Positions 36,067 to 45,456 are shown, counted from the stretch's first letter. The stretch: 64,000 nucleotides of DNA from an uncultured Bdellovibrionales bacterium (GCA_964451495.1 CAYVHS010000001.1:69358-133357), one strand, 5' to 3'. Numbers and translations: made by a program. Notes: generated by a model not told the origin, from the letters alone.

Positions 36067-37356
36067 TTAACGGCCAATGCCTTTATAGATAAACGACTTC
36101 TCTTTTTTGAAGAGATCGCGATCAAGACAGTTTTTGCCATCGAGAATCACTTTGATTTTGTGCTTTTTGAGGAGCGCCGGGGTGAGGACCTCGATAAATT
36201 CCTTGTGATTGGTAGCAATAAAGAGTGCATCGGATTTTTTGAGGAGGGTTTCAAGATTTTTCACGGTAGAAAGCTTTGGGAGATAGGGATCGAATGTCTC
36301 TACCTTAGCCAGGTGGGCTTTCAAATGCTTGATCACTTCGAGGGCGGGGGATTCACGGAGGTCGCTTACATTGGCTTTGTAGGCGAGGCCGAGGACGCCG
36401 ACAGTGATACCATTCATGGCGATTTTCTTTTCATTGAGGGCGTCTTGGAGACGATCAACAGCATAGAGTGGCATGTTGTCATTGGTCTCGATAGCGTGGC
36501 GGAGAAAAACATGATCAAAGCCGGATTCCTTGGCGCGCTGTACAAGATAGTGGGGGTCAACAGGGATACAGTGTCCACCGATACCACAGGAAGGATAATG
36601 TGCCATGAAAGCAAAGGGTTTGGTTGCGGCACCGTCGATGACGTCTTTGACATCGATGCCCAGACTATCGAAAGACATGGCAATTTCATTGACGAAAGCG
36701 ATGTTCACGTTGCGGAAAGAGTTTTCGAGGATTTTGGTCGCTTCCGCTTCACGAATAGATTTCATTGGTCGGATATCCGCATCGACGATGCTCCGGTAAA
36801 AAGCGAGTGACATATCGAGACCTTTCTTGTCAAAGGATCCGACGACACGAGGAATATTCGTGACGTCCCATTTTGGATCTCCTGGATTGATGCGTTCCGG
36901 GCAGTGTGAGATATAAACATCTTTGCCAATAGCGAATCCATGTTTCTCGAAAATCGGTTTGACGATTTCTTCCGAGACATAAGGATTGACGGTGGATTCG
37001 AGCACGACGAGGGCGCCTTTTTTGCAGTGGAGAGCAACCGTCTCTGAGGCATCAATGACCGGAGTCAGATCTGGCTGGCGAAGGGCATCGACGGGAGTCG
37101 GCACACAGATGATATGAATGTCTGCATCTCCGATATCGGCGGGAGTGCTGGTGAGTTTGATAGGGTAGGCACGTTGGTTTTTTTCGAGGTAGGCATCTTT
37201 AAAGATGAGCTTGCCTTGCCTAAGCGCCTGTATTTTCGTCTCGTCGATATCAAATCCAATCACATCATAGCCGCGTTCCCTCGTGCGGACAGCAAGCGGC
37301 AGACCGACATAGCCGAGACCGATGACCGAAACTGTTTTTTGAGTGGTTTTTATCAT
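36067..37356 (-). CDS. Nucleotide-sugar (UDP-HexNAc) dehydrogenase, WbpO/WecC-like
   Basis: IGLGYVGLP, ICVPTP, ESTV, PERINPG, KILENSFRNVNIA, GGHCIPVDP, GLAYK..DLRESP. Confidence 0.92.
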   Translation of the reverse strand: MIKTTQKTVSVIGLGYVGLPLAVRTRERGYDVIGFDIDETKIQALRQGKLIFKDAYLEKNQRAYPIKLTSTPADIGDADIHIICVPTPVDALRQPDLTPVIDASETVALHCKKGALVVLESTVNPYVSEEIVKPIFEKHGFAIGKDVYISHCPERINPGDPKWDVTNIPRVVGSFDKKGLDMSLAFYRSIVDADIRPMKSIREAEATKILENSFRNVNIAFVNEIAMSFDSLGIDVKDVIDGAATKPFAFMAHYPSCGIGGHCIPVDPHYLVQRAKESGFDHVFLRHAIETNDNMPLYAVDRLQDALNEKKIAMNGITVGVLGLAYKANVSDLRESPALEVIKHLKAHLAKVETFDPYLPKLSTVKNLETLLKKSDALFIATNHKEFIEVLTPALLKKHKIKVILDGKNCLDRDLFKKEKSFIYKGIGR

Positions 37357-37437
37357 AGAGAATCTTACAGATAACTGTTCCTATTCTACGAGAAAGGCTA
37401 TAAAATGGCAAGAAATGGGAGAGAAGTATGTGCAACA

Positions 37438-37466
37438 TTGACAGTTGAGAAAGGTGATGATATAAA
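37438..37466 (+). promoter_or_regulatory. Sigma70-type promoter for the putative ncRNA
   Basis: TTGACA-17-TATAAA with an upstream TG. Confidence 0.65.
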
Positions 37467-37471
37467 ATGTT

Positions 37472-37916
37472 CACATCTCGATATGTCGGGATTCAAAAGT
37501 TCTTTGGAATGATAACAGCTCCGTGTGTTTATAGCATCGGTAGCTTGGTTACCCTAAATATCTTGGAGTAAGCAAGCTCCCGATGTAGTACCATGGAGTA
37601 GCACTCGCAGTCGTGAGCGAGGGAAATGTATTTTTCACGATAATCTGTCCAAGGAGGAACACGCGATGAAAGTAGCTGTCCCCCCCTTGGCGGCAATTCT
37701 CGCCCAAACCGATGACCAGAGCACCATAGGACTGCAGATTCCTGTAAGGACTGGAGGTTGACGACAAGGATTGTCGCCATCAGAGCTTCTTGAGAGAAGG
37801 GAAAATGTTTGCTTTAATTTTGCCCGGCCGTCTTTACGGCTAAAGGAAACACTTCTACTTAAGTAAGTCTCTACACCCCCCCGTAGTTCGCGAAGCGTTC
37901 TGCGGGGGTTTTTATT
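37472..37916 (+). ncRNA. Putative large structured RNA of unknown class
   Basis: Bounded by a promoter and a terminator; about ten nested helices with G-U pairs and a pseudoknot can be read by eye; no long ORF. Confidence 0.6.
37878..37916 (+). terminator. Intrinsic terminator
   Basis: cccccgtag...ctgcggggg followed by tttttatt. Confidence 0.8.
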
Positions 37917-37987
37917 ACCAAACGAAAGTAAGTTGTTGTTTTCGATTTTTTCATACTTTCATTTGCTGGTATAATGCAGTCACTATG

Positions 37988-38075
37988 CCCGGTAGTCGAA
38001 CTTCGAAGATGAGTAGTTTATTATCGAACCCCATAGTATTGAGTGATAGTTTTTATTCGAAGTTTCACTACTGGG
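37988..38075. mobile_element. MITE-like 88-bp element with 20-bp imperfect terminal inverted repeats
   Basis: cccggtagtcgaacttcgaa / ttcgaagtttcactactggg (17/20), flanked on both sides by tatg. Confidence 0.55.
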
Positions 38076-38076
38076 T

Positions 38077-39228
38077 ATGAACATCGGCATTAACGCTTCT
38101 TTTTTGCGTAAACCTGGCACTGGCATTGGTCAGGTAACAACCAATTTTTTGAAGCAGCTCGTACACTATCAATCTTCTTTGCCGGCTGGATCGGAATTCT
38201 TTTTGTATTGCGAAGAGGTTCCTCATCTGGATTTTATCTTGCCCGAGAATTTCCATATCCGTGTATTTTTACCTTGGTGGAAGCGCGATGACCTGCCACG
38301 CAAATGGCTTTGGGAGAGACGGTTGACGACAGAGATGCGTAAAGATGCTTGCGAGATATTTCTCAGCTTGTATCAGTCTTCGACTGTATTTCGTACATCC
38401 GAAGTCTCCAAGCATGTCATGATCGTGCATGATATCATCCCGAAGTTTTTTCCAGAGTATCGGAGGAATATGCGACAATCACTCTATTGGAAGAGGGTAG
38501 AAAGAGGTATTCAATCAGTCGATCAGATTGTAGCGGTCTCGGAATACACAAAAAAAGACCTCGTGCGTGAGTTCGCTCTTTCAGGAGATGAGATTGCTGT
38601 AGTGTATCCTGATGTAGCGCCGCGGTTTTATGATTTTATTTCCGATGAAGTCCTCGCTTCGGTGCTTGAGAAATATGATATACAACCCGGGTATATATAC
38701 CATGGCGGGGGGCTTGAAGTGCGCAAGAATGCCGAACGTGTTTTGCGTGCGTACAAGATTTTGATTACGGAAGGACAGACCGCTCTTCCTCAACTCGTTA
38801 TCTCAGGAAAAATTTTTCATTCGTCGAACAAGCTTGCGACTGATGTCGAAGGACTCGTGGAAGAGCTTGGACTGGAAGATCATGTGAAGCTACTCGGTTT
38901 TGTGGCGGACGAAGATGTTCCAGCTCTCTACCGTGGAGCGTTGTTCTTTGTCTACCCATCACTCTATGAAGGCTTCGGCCTGCCAGTGCTCGAGGCGCTT
39001 CGTATGCGAGTGCCGGTACTCACATCAGATGTCGCTTCACTGCCAGAGGTTGCAGCTGACGCGGCGTTATATTGTGACCCCAAAAACATTCAGTCAATCG
39101 CAGACGGCATGAAGCGGCTTATGACCGATAGTGCACTCCGCGCGACATTGGTTTCGGCTGGCGAAAGGCAGGTGTCGCGGTTTGACTGGGGGAACTTCGT
39201 GAAAAAAATTCTTGATACATTGCTATGA
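38077..39228 (+). CDS. GT4 glycosyltransferase (MtfB/mannosyltransferase-like)
   Basis: IGINA..TGIG, VHDIIP, VSEYTK, RKN, YPSLYEGFGLPVLEA. Confidence 0.92.
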   Translation: MNIGINASFLRKPGTGIGQVTTNFLKQLVHYQSSLPAGSEFFLYCEEVPHLDFILPENFHIRVFLPWWKRDDLPRKWLWERRLTTEMRKDACEIFLSLYQSSTVFRTSEVSKHVMIVHDIIPKFFPEYRRNMRQSLYWKRVERGIQSVDQIVAVSEYTKKDLVREFALSGDEIAVVYPDVAPRFYDFISDEVLASVLEKYDIQPGYIYHGGGLEVRKNAERVLRAYKILITEGQTALPQLVISGKIFHSSNKLATDVEGLVEELGLEDHVKLLGFVADEDVPALYRGALFFVYPSLYEGFGLPVLEALRMRVPVLTSDVASLPEVAADAALYCDPKNIQSIADGMKRLMTDSALRATLVSAGERQVSRFDWGNFVKKILDTLL

Positions 39229-40850
39229 TTACCCCACTTTTTTCTGGTTGGACTCAAAATAAAGCATTACTCGTTTCTGGTAATGTTTTACTCGGAATCG
39301 CCCTGATCATATTGGGAAACACTCATGTCTTACCACTAGACCCGGTCAATTTCATTTTCTTTTCCTTTGTCATTTTTTTGTTTGCGCTGTATCGACCAGG
39401 ATGGGCATTTCTCTTTTTTGTCGGATTAATGCCATTTGAAATAATCCACGTCGCACCAGTATCATTTGGTATCGATGTGCGTCCGTATCAGTGGGTAGCA
39501 CTGCTTTTGTTTTTGGCTGTCATACTGCGTTTTTTTGCGCATAAGTTGCCTTTTGATTTGGTGCGACCGAAATGGTTCGATTGGCTCCTTCTCGTGATAC
39601 CAGTAGGTGCTCTCATTGCTATAGTCAATGCTCCGTTTCTGGGGAGCTCTCTGAAACAGGCTCTCGTAGTTTTTTCCTTTGGCCTCGTCTATGCTGTCGG
39701 GAGGATTTTCTGGCAATCATGGGAAGACGTGAAGCAGTCGATACCATTTTTTATAACCTCGAGCTTTGTAGTGCTCTCGTATGCGCTCTGGCAAAATATT
39801 CGCTTTCTTTTCGGAAAGGAGAGTTTCCAAGTGATGACTGGCCGGCCCAATGCGACTTTTTCTGAAGCGGATTGGCTCGGGCTTTTTGTAGTGATAGTAC
39901 TGAGTATCCTCGCCACTTTTGTTTTTCGTATGTTTTTTTCCGAAGAACAAGAACAGAAAGAAAGAAGCATCCCAGAGAGAGTTCTTGACCCAAAGGCGTA
40001 TTTTCTTCTGATTTTTCTGATCTTTACGTTCATTATTCTGATTATCACGGTAGCGCGTAGCGCTTGGCTGGGGACTTTTTTTGCTCTGGCGATGTTTTGT
40101 CTATCCATACTGTTTTCACAGGGAGTAGGGGGAACAAAAAAACTGTTTCATAAGGTAGTCTCTTTTGGTTCCATCATAGTTGTTTCTCTGATGATTGCTT
40201 TCGGTGTTGTTACAGTTTTTCATTTGACGCCGTTCCATCTTTTTGATCGGGCGAGTAGTACGGTTTCTGGATTGCAGACGATTACTCTCGCGTGCGATCA
40301 GCATACTTCTTTACCGATGTCGCTTGGAAAAATTGAGAATCTCGACCAAATATCAGAATGGGGTTGTGAGTATATCACGCTCGAAGACATCGAATCACAG
40401 CGGGCGGCGGGAAAATTCATCACTACCGTACAGCGTGATGACCCGAATATTTCTATCCGTCAGGAAATTTATGCCAAGGTACGCCAAAAGATTCGAGAAT
40501 TTCCTCTTCTTGGTATCGGTTGGGGGAGTATCGCTGCGTTTCTGGGTACGGATGAGCGTGGAGCAGGTCTCAATGCCAGTAATATGTTTTTTGAGATTTG
40601 GCTCGGTAGTGGTTTTATGGGCCTTGTAGCCTTTGTTATTTTTTGGGGGGGCTTGATGGTGATTTCTTTTTGGCGGCTTCCTCGGAGTAGCGGATTTGAA
40701 CGAGGGTTTATTTTATTTCTGATAGCCTCATGGGCCGGTATCTCTGTTTTTAATATGTTTAATTCGGGTATACTGCTCGGGTTCTTCTTCCTCTACTTAG
40801 CTTTGGGTGGACTCATACTAGAAGAGCAGGGGAAAAATAACAAAGACTGA
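39225..40850 (+). CDS. O-antigen ligase/polymerase-like membrane protein
   Basis: RPNATFSEADWLG, ITVARSAWLG, PLLGIGWG, NASNMFFEIW..SGFMG. Confidence 0.8.
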   Translation: MITPLFSGWTQNKALLVSGNVLLGIALIILGNTHVLPLDPVNFIFFSFVIFLFALYRPGWAFLFFVGLMPFEIIHVAPVSFGIDVRPYQWVALLLFLAVILRFFAHKLPFDLVRPKWFDWLLLVIPVGALIAIVNAPFLGSSLKQALVVFSFGLVYAVGRIFWQSWEDVKQSIPFFITSSFVVLSYALWQNIRFLFGKESFQVMTGRPNATFSEADWLGLFVVIVLSILATFVFRMFFSEEQEQKERSIPERVLDPKAYFLLIFLIFTFIILIITVARSAWLGTFFALAMFCLSILFSQGVGGTKKLFHKVVSFGSIIVVSLMIAFGVVTVFHLTPFHLFDRASSTVSGLQTITLACDQHTSLPMSLGKIENLDQISEWGCEYITLEDIESQRAAGKFITTVQRDDPNISIRQEIYAKVRQKIREFPLLGIGWGSIAAFLGTDERGAGLNASNMFFEIWLGSGFMGLVAFVIFWGGLMVISFWRLPRSSGFERGFILFLIASWAGISVFNMFNSGILLGFFFLYLALGGLILEEQGKNNKD

Positions 40851-40857
40851 ATCACCT

Positions 40858-42009
40858 ATGCATACTTTCGCTATCGACATCCGATTGATCGGCAAAAAAC
40901 GTACTGGCGATGAAACAGTGTTTTTTCATCTTACCAAAGAGCTCATAGAGCTGGATAAAGAAAATCGATACATCCTGGTGACAGATATTTCGGATAGAGA
41001 GACACTGGCCATCATCCGCGGCCGGCTCGGCTGCGTAGGACAGGAGAATGTAGAAATCGTATCTCTTTTTGGAAAAAACCGCTTTGTCTGGAATCTTCTG
41101 TCGCTCCCAATCTTTTTGTTGCGTCAAAAAATCGACACGTACCATACGCAGTATATTCTGCCATTCTTCGTGCCGGCACGGACCAAAGTTATAACACATA
41201 TCCACGATGTATCTTTCCGAGCATATCCAGAACTTATCTCATGGAAAGACCGTTTTTTTCTTTGGCTACTCATACCATCAGCCCTCAGACGGGCCGCGCT
41301 TATCGTTACACCCTCGCATTTTACTAAAGATGAAATCATACAATATTATACTATTGCGCCGGAGAAAATTGTCGTGATACCCAACGCTTTGGGGAGTGAT
41401 TTTCTCGCTTCCATTTCGGATAAGCAAGCCGATGCAGCCCGAGTACGCGAGAAATATCATCTTCCAGCGGAGTATTTGGTGTATGTCGGCACTCTGCAGC
41501 CTCGAAAAAACATCCCGTTTCTTATCGAAGCATTTGCCAGTCTCAAAAAGCGTCTCCCTGGAATAAAACTGGTCTTGGTGGGTAATCGGAAGGGGTATCA
41601 TACAGATGTGCGTCTTGATACCACCCTCAATCGTCTTAGTGTAGCGGAAGATATCATTTTTCCTGGTTTTATTGATCAAAATGACTTGCCAGGAGTCATC
41701 CGAGGAGCGAAAATATTTGTTTTCCCTTCTCTTTATGAAGGATTTGGCATTCCGCTTTTAGAGGCTATGAGCCAAGACGTGCCTGTCGCCGCATCGGATA
41801 TTCCGAGTCTTCGGGAAGTTGCCCTGTATGCAGCGGTCTATTTCGACCCTATGACCCTTGCTTCATGTGAGGAAAAATTGTATAATCTTTTCATTGACCA
41901 AGAGCAGCGTATGGCTTTTATTCGCCTCGGAAAAGACCGCGTTCAAGCCTTCTCTTGGAAAGAGAGCGCTTCCCTTTTGCTTCAGGCGTATACCCGGCTT
42001 TCGAAGTGA
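40858..42009 (+). CDS. GT4 glycosyltransferase (MtfB-like)
   Basis: IHDVSF, VGTLQPRKN, FPSLYEGFGIPLLEAM. Confidence 0.92.
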   Translation: MHTFAIDIRLIGKKRTGDETVFFHLTKELIELDKENRYILVTDISDRETLAIIRGRLGCVGQENVEIVSLFGKNRFVWNLLSLPIFLLRQKIDTYHTQYILPFFVPARTKVITHIHDVSFRAYPELISWKDRFFLWLLIPSALRRAALIVTPSHFTKDEIIQYYTIAPEKIVVIPNALGSDFLASISDKQADAARVREKYHLPAEYLVYVGTLQPRKNIPFLIEAFASLKKRLPGIKLVLVGNRKGYHTDVRLDTTLNRLSVAEDIIFPGFIDQNDLPGVIRGAKIFVFPSLYEGFGIPLLEAMSQDVPVAASDIPSLREVALYAAVYFDPMTLASCEEKLYNLFIDQEQRMAFIRLGKDRVQAFSWKESASLLLQAYTRLSK

Positions 42010-42036
42010 GAGCCTTAATTTTTTTCAAGAATATTT

Positions 42037-43251
42037 ATGGTAGAAAAGACATCATTACGGGATCATCCGGTGAACACAAAAAAGCGATGGCTGCGTGTCG
42101 CGCTCTTTTTTGTGATTCTCCTCGCTATCGGCGGTGGAATCGTTTTTTGGAAAGCTGGTTCGATTCTCAATAAAGTTACTCAAGGCAATGCGAATATTTT
42201 TGGTAGCCTGATGAAATCTATTCCCGGGGTTGAGCAAAAGCTCATTGGTGAAGATGCTGGACGTATCAATATCCTCTTGCTGGGTATGCGCGGAGAGGGC
42301 GTAGTGGGCGGTGGTCTACTCGCTGATACTATCATGGTACTTTCTATTCATCCGAAACAGAATGATCAGGATACCTCCAAGGCATCTCTCATCTCTATCC
42401 CACGTGATTTATATGTGAAGATTCCCGGACAAGATTGGCAGGCGAAAATCAATGCTACCTATGCCGAAGGAGAGAAGCGCGCACTGCATAAAGGTGGCAT
42501 CGAAGATATGCGGACTATTGTCGGTGAAGTGACGGGTCTTGATATTCCATACGCAGTCACCATCAATTTTCAGGGGTTCAAGGATCTCGTGAATGCCGTG
42601 GGTGGTGTCACAGTCCATCTTGACCAGCCGTTTGAAGAGAATTCGCAGTTTCGTGGTTTGAAGCACCGTTGTGATGGATTGAAGTACACAGTCTTTTCTG
42701 GTGAATACGAAGAGAAGCACATCCAGCGAAAGAATGGTACATACTATGCTAACCCGAAACGTTACCCTCTCTGTTTCGAAAAAATGACTACACAAGCCGT
42801 CTCTGAGCTTGAGTGTAGTGGTGATTTCAAGCTGCCCGCTGGTGATAATTTGCTCGATGGCGATAAGGCGCTTTGCTACGCTCGTTCTCGTGAAACATCC
42901 AGTGATTTTGCGCGCGCAGCGAGACAACAGGAGATTATCAAGTTGATTAGGGCTAAAGCCCTGAGTCTCGGAACGTTGACCGATTTTTCGAAAGTGAGTG
43001 CCATGATGGATAGTCTCGGAAACAATATGAGCACCAATATGGAGGCCTGGGAATTGAAGCACCTGTTTGACTTGTATCAGAAGGCAGGCGACGCCGGTCA
43101 AATCAATCAGAAAGTACTCAGCACAGCAGACGATGGGCTATTATATTTCCCCGAGAGAAGCAGATACCCAGGAGCCGGATCTATCATTCTTCCACTGGGA
43201 GATAACTATGATCGCATACACGAGCTTTTCGCAAATTCTCTCAACTACTAA
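42037..43251 (+). CDS. LCP (LytR-CpsA-Psr) family glycopolymer transferase
   Basis: TM, INILLLG, DTIMV, SIPRDLYV, KINA, LVNAVGGV, YARSR..SDFARAARQ. Confidence 0.9.
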   Translation: MVEKTSLRDHPVNTKKRWLRVALFFVILLAIGGGIVFWKAGSILNKVTQGNANIFGSLMKSIPGVEQKLIGEDAGRINILLLGMRGEGVVGGGLLADTIMVLSIHPKQNDQDTSKASLISIPRDLYVKIPGQDWQAKINATYAEGEKRALHKGGIEDMRTIVGEVTGLDIPYAVTINFQGFKDLVNAVGGVTVHLDQPFEENSQFRGLKHRCDGLKYTVFSGEYEEKHIQRKNGTYYANPKRYPLCFEKMTTQAVSELECSGDFKLPAGDNLLDGDKALCYARSRETSSDFARAARQQEIIKLIRAKALSLGTLTDFSKVSAMMDSLGNNMSTNMEAWELKHLFDLYQKAGDAGQINQKVLSTADDGLLYFPERSRYPGAGSIILPLGDNYDRIHELFANSLNY

Positions 43252-43265
43252 CAGAAGAGGAATCC

Positions 43266-44087
43266 ATGGCATCAAAGAAACTGACTATCGCCGTCAATGG
43301 GTATAAGAATTCAGAACTCCTACGTCTCTGTCTGACTTCTGTGTTCCGTGAAATGGAGAAGAGTGATATTGATTATGAAGTACTGGTAGCAGATAGCGCG
43401 ACAGAAGAAGATACAGAAATGCTCATGCGCGAAGAGTTCCCCCAAGTGAAATTTTTTCCTTTCTGTGAAAATGTCGGATTTAAAACATTGGTGAACGTGT
43501 CACTTCATGAAGCTAAGGGCGAATACGTCTTGTTTATCAATAACGATATCGTCCTCACCGAAGGAGCTGTGCCCAAGATGCTTGGTTATCTCGAGTCGCA
43601 TCCGGAAATCGGGATATTGGGGCCGAAACAAATGAATTTTAACGGTGCGCCGCAGCAGAGCTGTTTTCGCTTCTATCGATTAGAGACGATTCTCTATCGC
43701 CGTACATGGCTTGGCAGACTCCCATTCGCAAAAAAGCATCTTGACTGGTTCATGATGAAGGATTATGACCATCACCAGCCGAAAAATACCGATTGGATCA
43801 TCGGATCAGCTATGTTAGTCTCTCGGGAAAAGGCACTCGCTATCGGTGATATGGATAACCGATTTTTCATGTATATGGAAGATGTTGATTGGTGTCGGCG
43901 TTTCTGGGAGCATGGGTATAGAGTCGTGTATTATCCGGAAGTATTTGTGTATCACTATCATGCGAAGGGGAGTGCTCGAGGAGGATTTCTCGGTTCGCTT
44001 TTGTTTAATCGCCTGACGTGGTATCACATCGAAAGCGCCTTCCGCTATTTTTGGAAATATCGCCATCGAACGCTTCCGTCTACATAG
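43266..44087 (+). CDS. GT2 glycosyltransferase (WbbL/rhamnosyltransferase-like)
   Basis: ENVGF, INNDI, DWIIGSAML, FFMYMEDVDWCRR. Confidence 0.9.
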   Translation: MASKKLTIAVNGYKNSELLRLCLTSVFREMEKSDIDYEVLVADSATEEDTEMLMREEFPQVKFFPFCENVGFKTLVNVSLHEAKGEYVLFINNDIVLTEGAVPKMLGYLESHPEIGILGPKQMNFNGAPQQSCFRFYRLETILYRRTWLGRLPFAKKHLDWFMMKDYDHHQPKNTDWIIGSAMLVSREKALAIGDMDNRFFMYMEDVDWCRRFWEHGYRVVYYPEVFVYHYHAKGSARGGFLGSLLFNRLTWYHIESAFRYFWKYRHRTLPST

Positions 44088-44128
44088 TAATCTCTGTGTG
44101 AAAATAACAAATATATTATTTAATTTTT

Positions 44129-45403
44129 ATGACTGATGCTCCTCTGCCAACTCTTACAGAATACGAACGCGGACAGAAAATATTCCGCCGGGCGTTTATT
44201 TTTTTTCTGATACTTTTTCTCATAGGAGGAGCTTTTTGGTCTGGTTATGAACAGGGAAAGGGAGCCGTCGTCTCGGGAAGTGATTCGACGCAGATGCTAT
44301 CTCCAGAAGATACTGTTTTTCTCAATAAGACGAGTCAGGACAAGACAATCGATTTCTCGCTTTTTTGGAAGGTTTGGGGGCTTCTAAAAGACAAGTATGT
44401 CGATAAATCTAAACTCGATGCCCATGAGCTTTTTTATGGCGCTATAAAAGGGATGCTTGCTGCTACAGGGGACCCCTATACGACTTTTTTCGACCCTAAA
44501 GAGAATCAGTCGTTCAAAGAGGATATATCCGGTACCTTCGAGGGCATCGGAGCAGAAATGGGCATCAAAGATAATATCCTGACCATTATCGCTCCGCTTG
44601 AGGGTATGCCAGCTGAAAAAGCTGGGCTTATGGCCGGAGACAAGGTACTCAAAGTGAACGGAGAAAATATAGCGAGTTTTTCTCTCGAGGAAGCAGTCAA
44701 TAAAATTCGCGGACAGAAAGGCACAGAGGTCGTTTTGACTATTTTTCGAAGTGGTGATGAGGGAACGAGAGATATTGCTGTAAAACGCGATATTATTTTA
44801 GTTAAAAGCGTGCGTTTTGAGATGAAAGATTCCGATATTGCTTATATTCGCGTCAGTCGTTTTGGGGAAGATACGGAGAAGGAGTTTAGTGATGCCGTGA
44901 AACAGACTACTCAAAAGAAGGCTAAGGGTCTGATTGTTGATTTGCGTAATAATCCAGGAGGATTTTTGGAGAGCGCTGTGAATATGGGGAGTCTCATGCT
45001 TCCGAGCGGAAAAGTGGTGGTCATGGAAGAAAGCGGAACAGGTGTACGCAGAGAGATGAAGGCGCGCGGAGGGGATGTGCTTTCTGGACTGCCTACGGTA
45101 GTACTTATCAATGAAGGGAGCGCGAGTGCTTCTGAGATTCTAGCAGGTGCGCTCAAGGATAATCGCACCAATGTTACTCTAGTAGGTAAGAAATCTTTTG
45201 GCAAAGGATCGGTGCAGGAGCTCCTTCCTGTGAATAAGGAGACATCGGTAAAAATTACTGTTGCTCGTTGGTTGACACCAGCTGGTAAGCAAATTCACAA
45301 TGTCGGCATATCACCAGATGAGGAAATAGCACTTTCAGCTGATGATGTGAAAAATGAGCGTGATCCTCAGCTTGATAAAGCAGTCGAGATTTTGAAAAGA
45401 TAA
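44129..45403 (+). CDS. ctpA: Carboxy-terminal processing protease, S41 family with PDZ domain
   Basis: GDPYT, FEGIGA, DLRNNPGG, SASASEI (Ser), FGKGSVQ (Lys), DPQL. Confidence 0.93.
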   Translation: MTDAPLPTLTEYERGQKIFRRAFIFFLILFLIGGAFWSGYEQGKGAVVSGSDSTQMLSPEDTVFLNKTSQDKTIDFSLFWKVWGLLKDKYVDKSKLDAHELFYGAIKGMLAATGDPYTTFFDPKENQSFKEDISGTFEGIGAEMGIKDNILTIIAPLEGMPAEKAGLMAGDKVLKVNGENIASFSLEEAVNKIRGQKGTEVVLTIFRSGDEGTRDIAVKRDIILVKSVRFEMKDSDIAYIRVSRFGEDTEKEFSDAVKQTTQKKAKGLIVDLRNNPGGFLESAVNMGSLMLPSGKVVVMEESGTGVRREMKARGGDVLSGLPTVVLINEGSASASEILAGALKDNRTNVTLVGKKSFGKGSVQELLPVNKETSVKITVARWLTPAGKQIHNVGISPDEEIALSADDVKNERDPQLDKAVEILKR

Positions 45404-45427
45404 GAGGCGTTGATATGAGTAATTGGC

Positions 45428-45456
45428 TTGACTTGAGCGCTCTATTTTTTTACAAT
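45428..45456 (+). promoter_or_regulatory. Sigma70-type promoter of groES
   Basis: TTGACT-17-TACAAT. Confidence 0.65.

Noticed and set aside
37529-37780. Minus-strand ORFs of 72-83 aa over the structured region
   Set aside because: No SD or motif; promoter, terminator and G-U pairing all favour a plus-strand RNA.
37472-37916. Assignment as RNase P RNA, tmRNA, SRP RNA, T-box or group I intron
   Set aside because: No GAGGAAAGUCC, no tRNA-like ends with CCA, no SRP GGAA/GCAGC loop, no T-box or P7 consensus seen on either strand. A very divergent member cannot be excluded without a covariance-model search.
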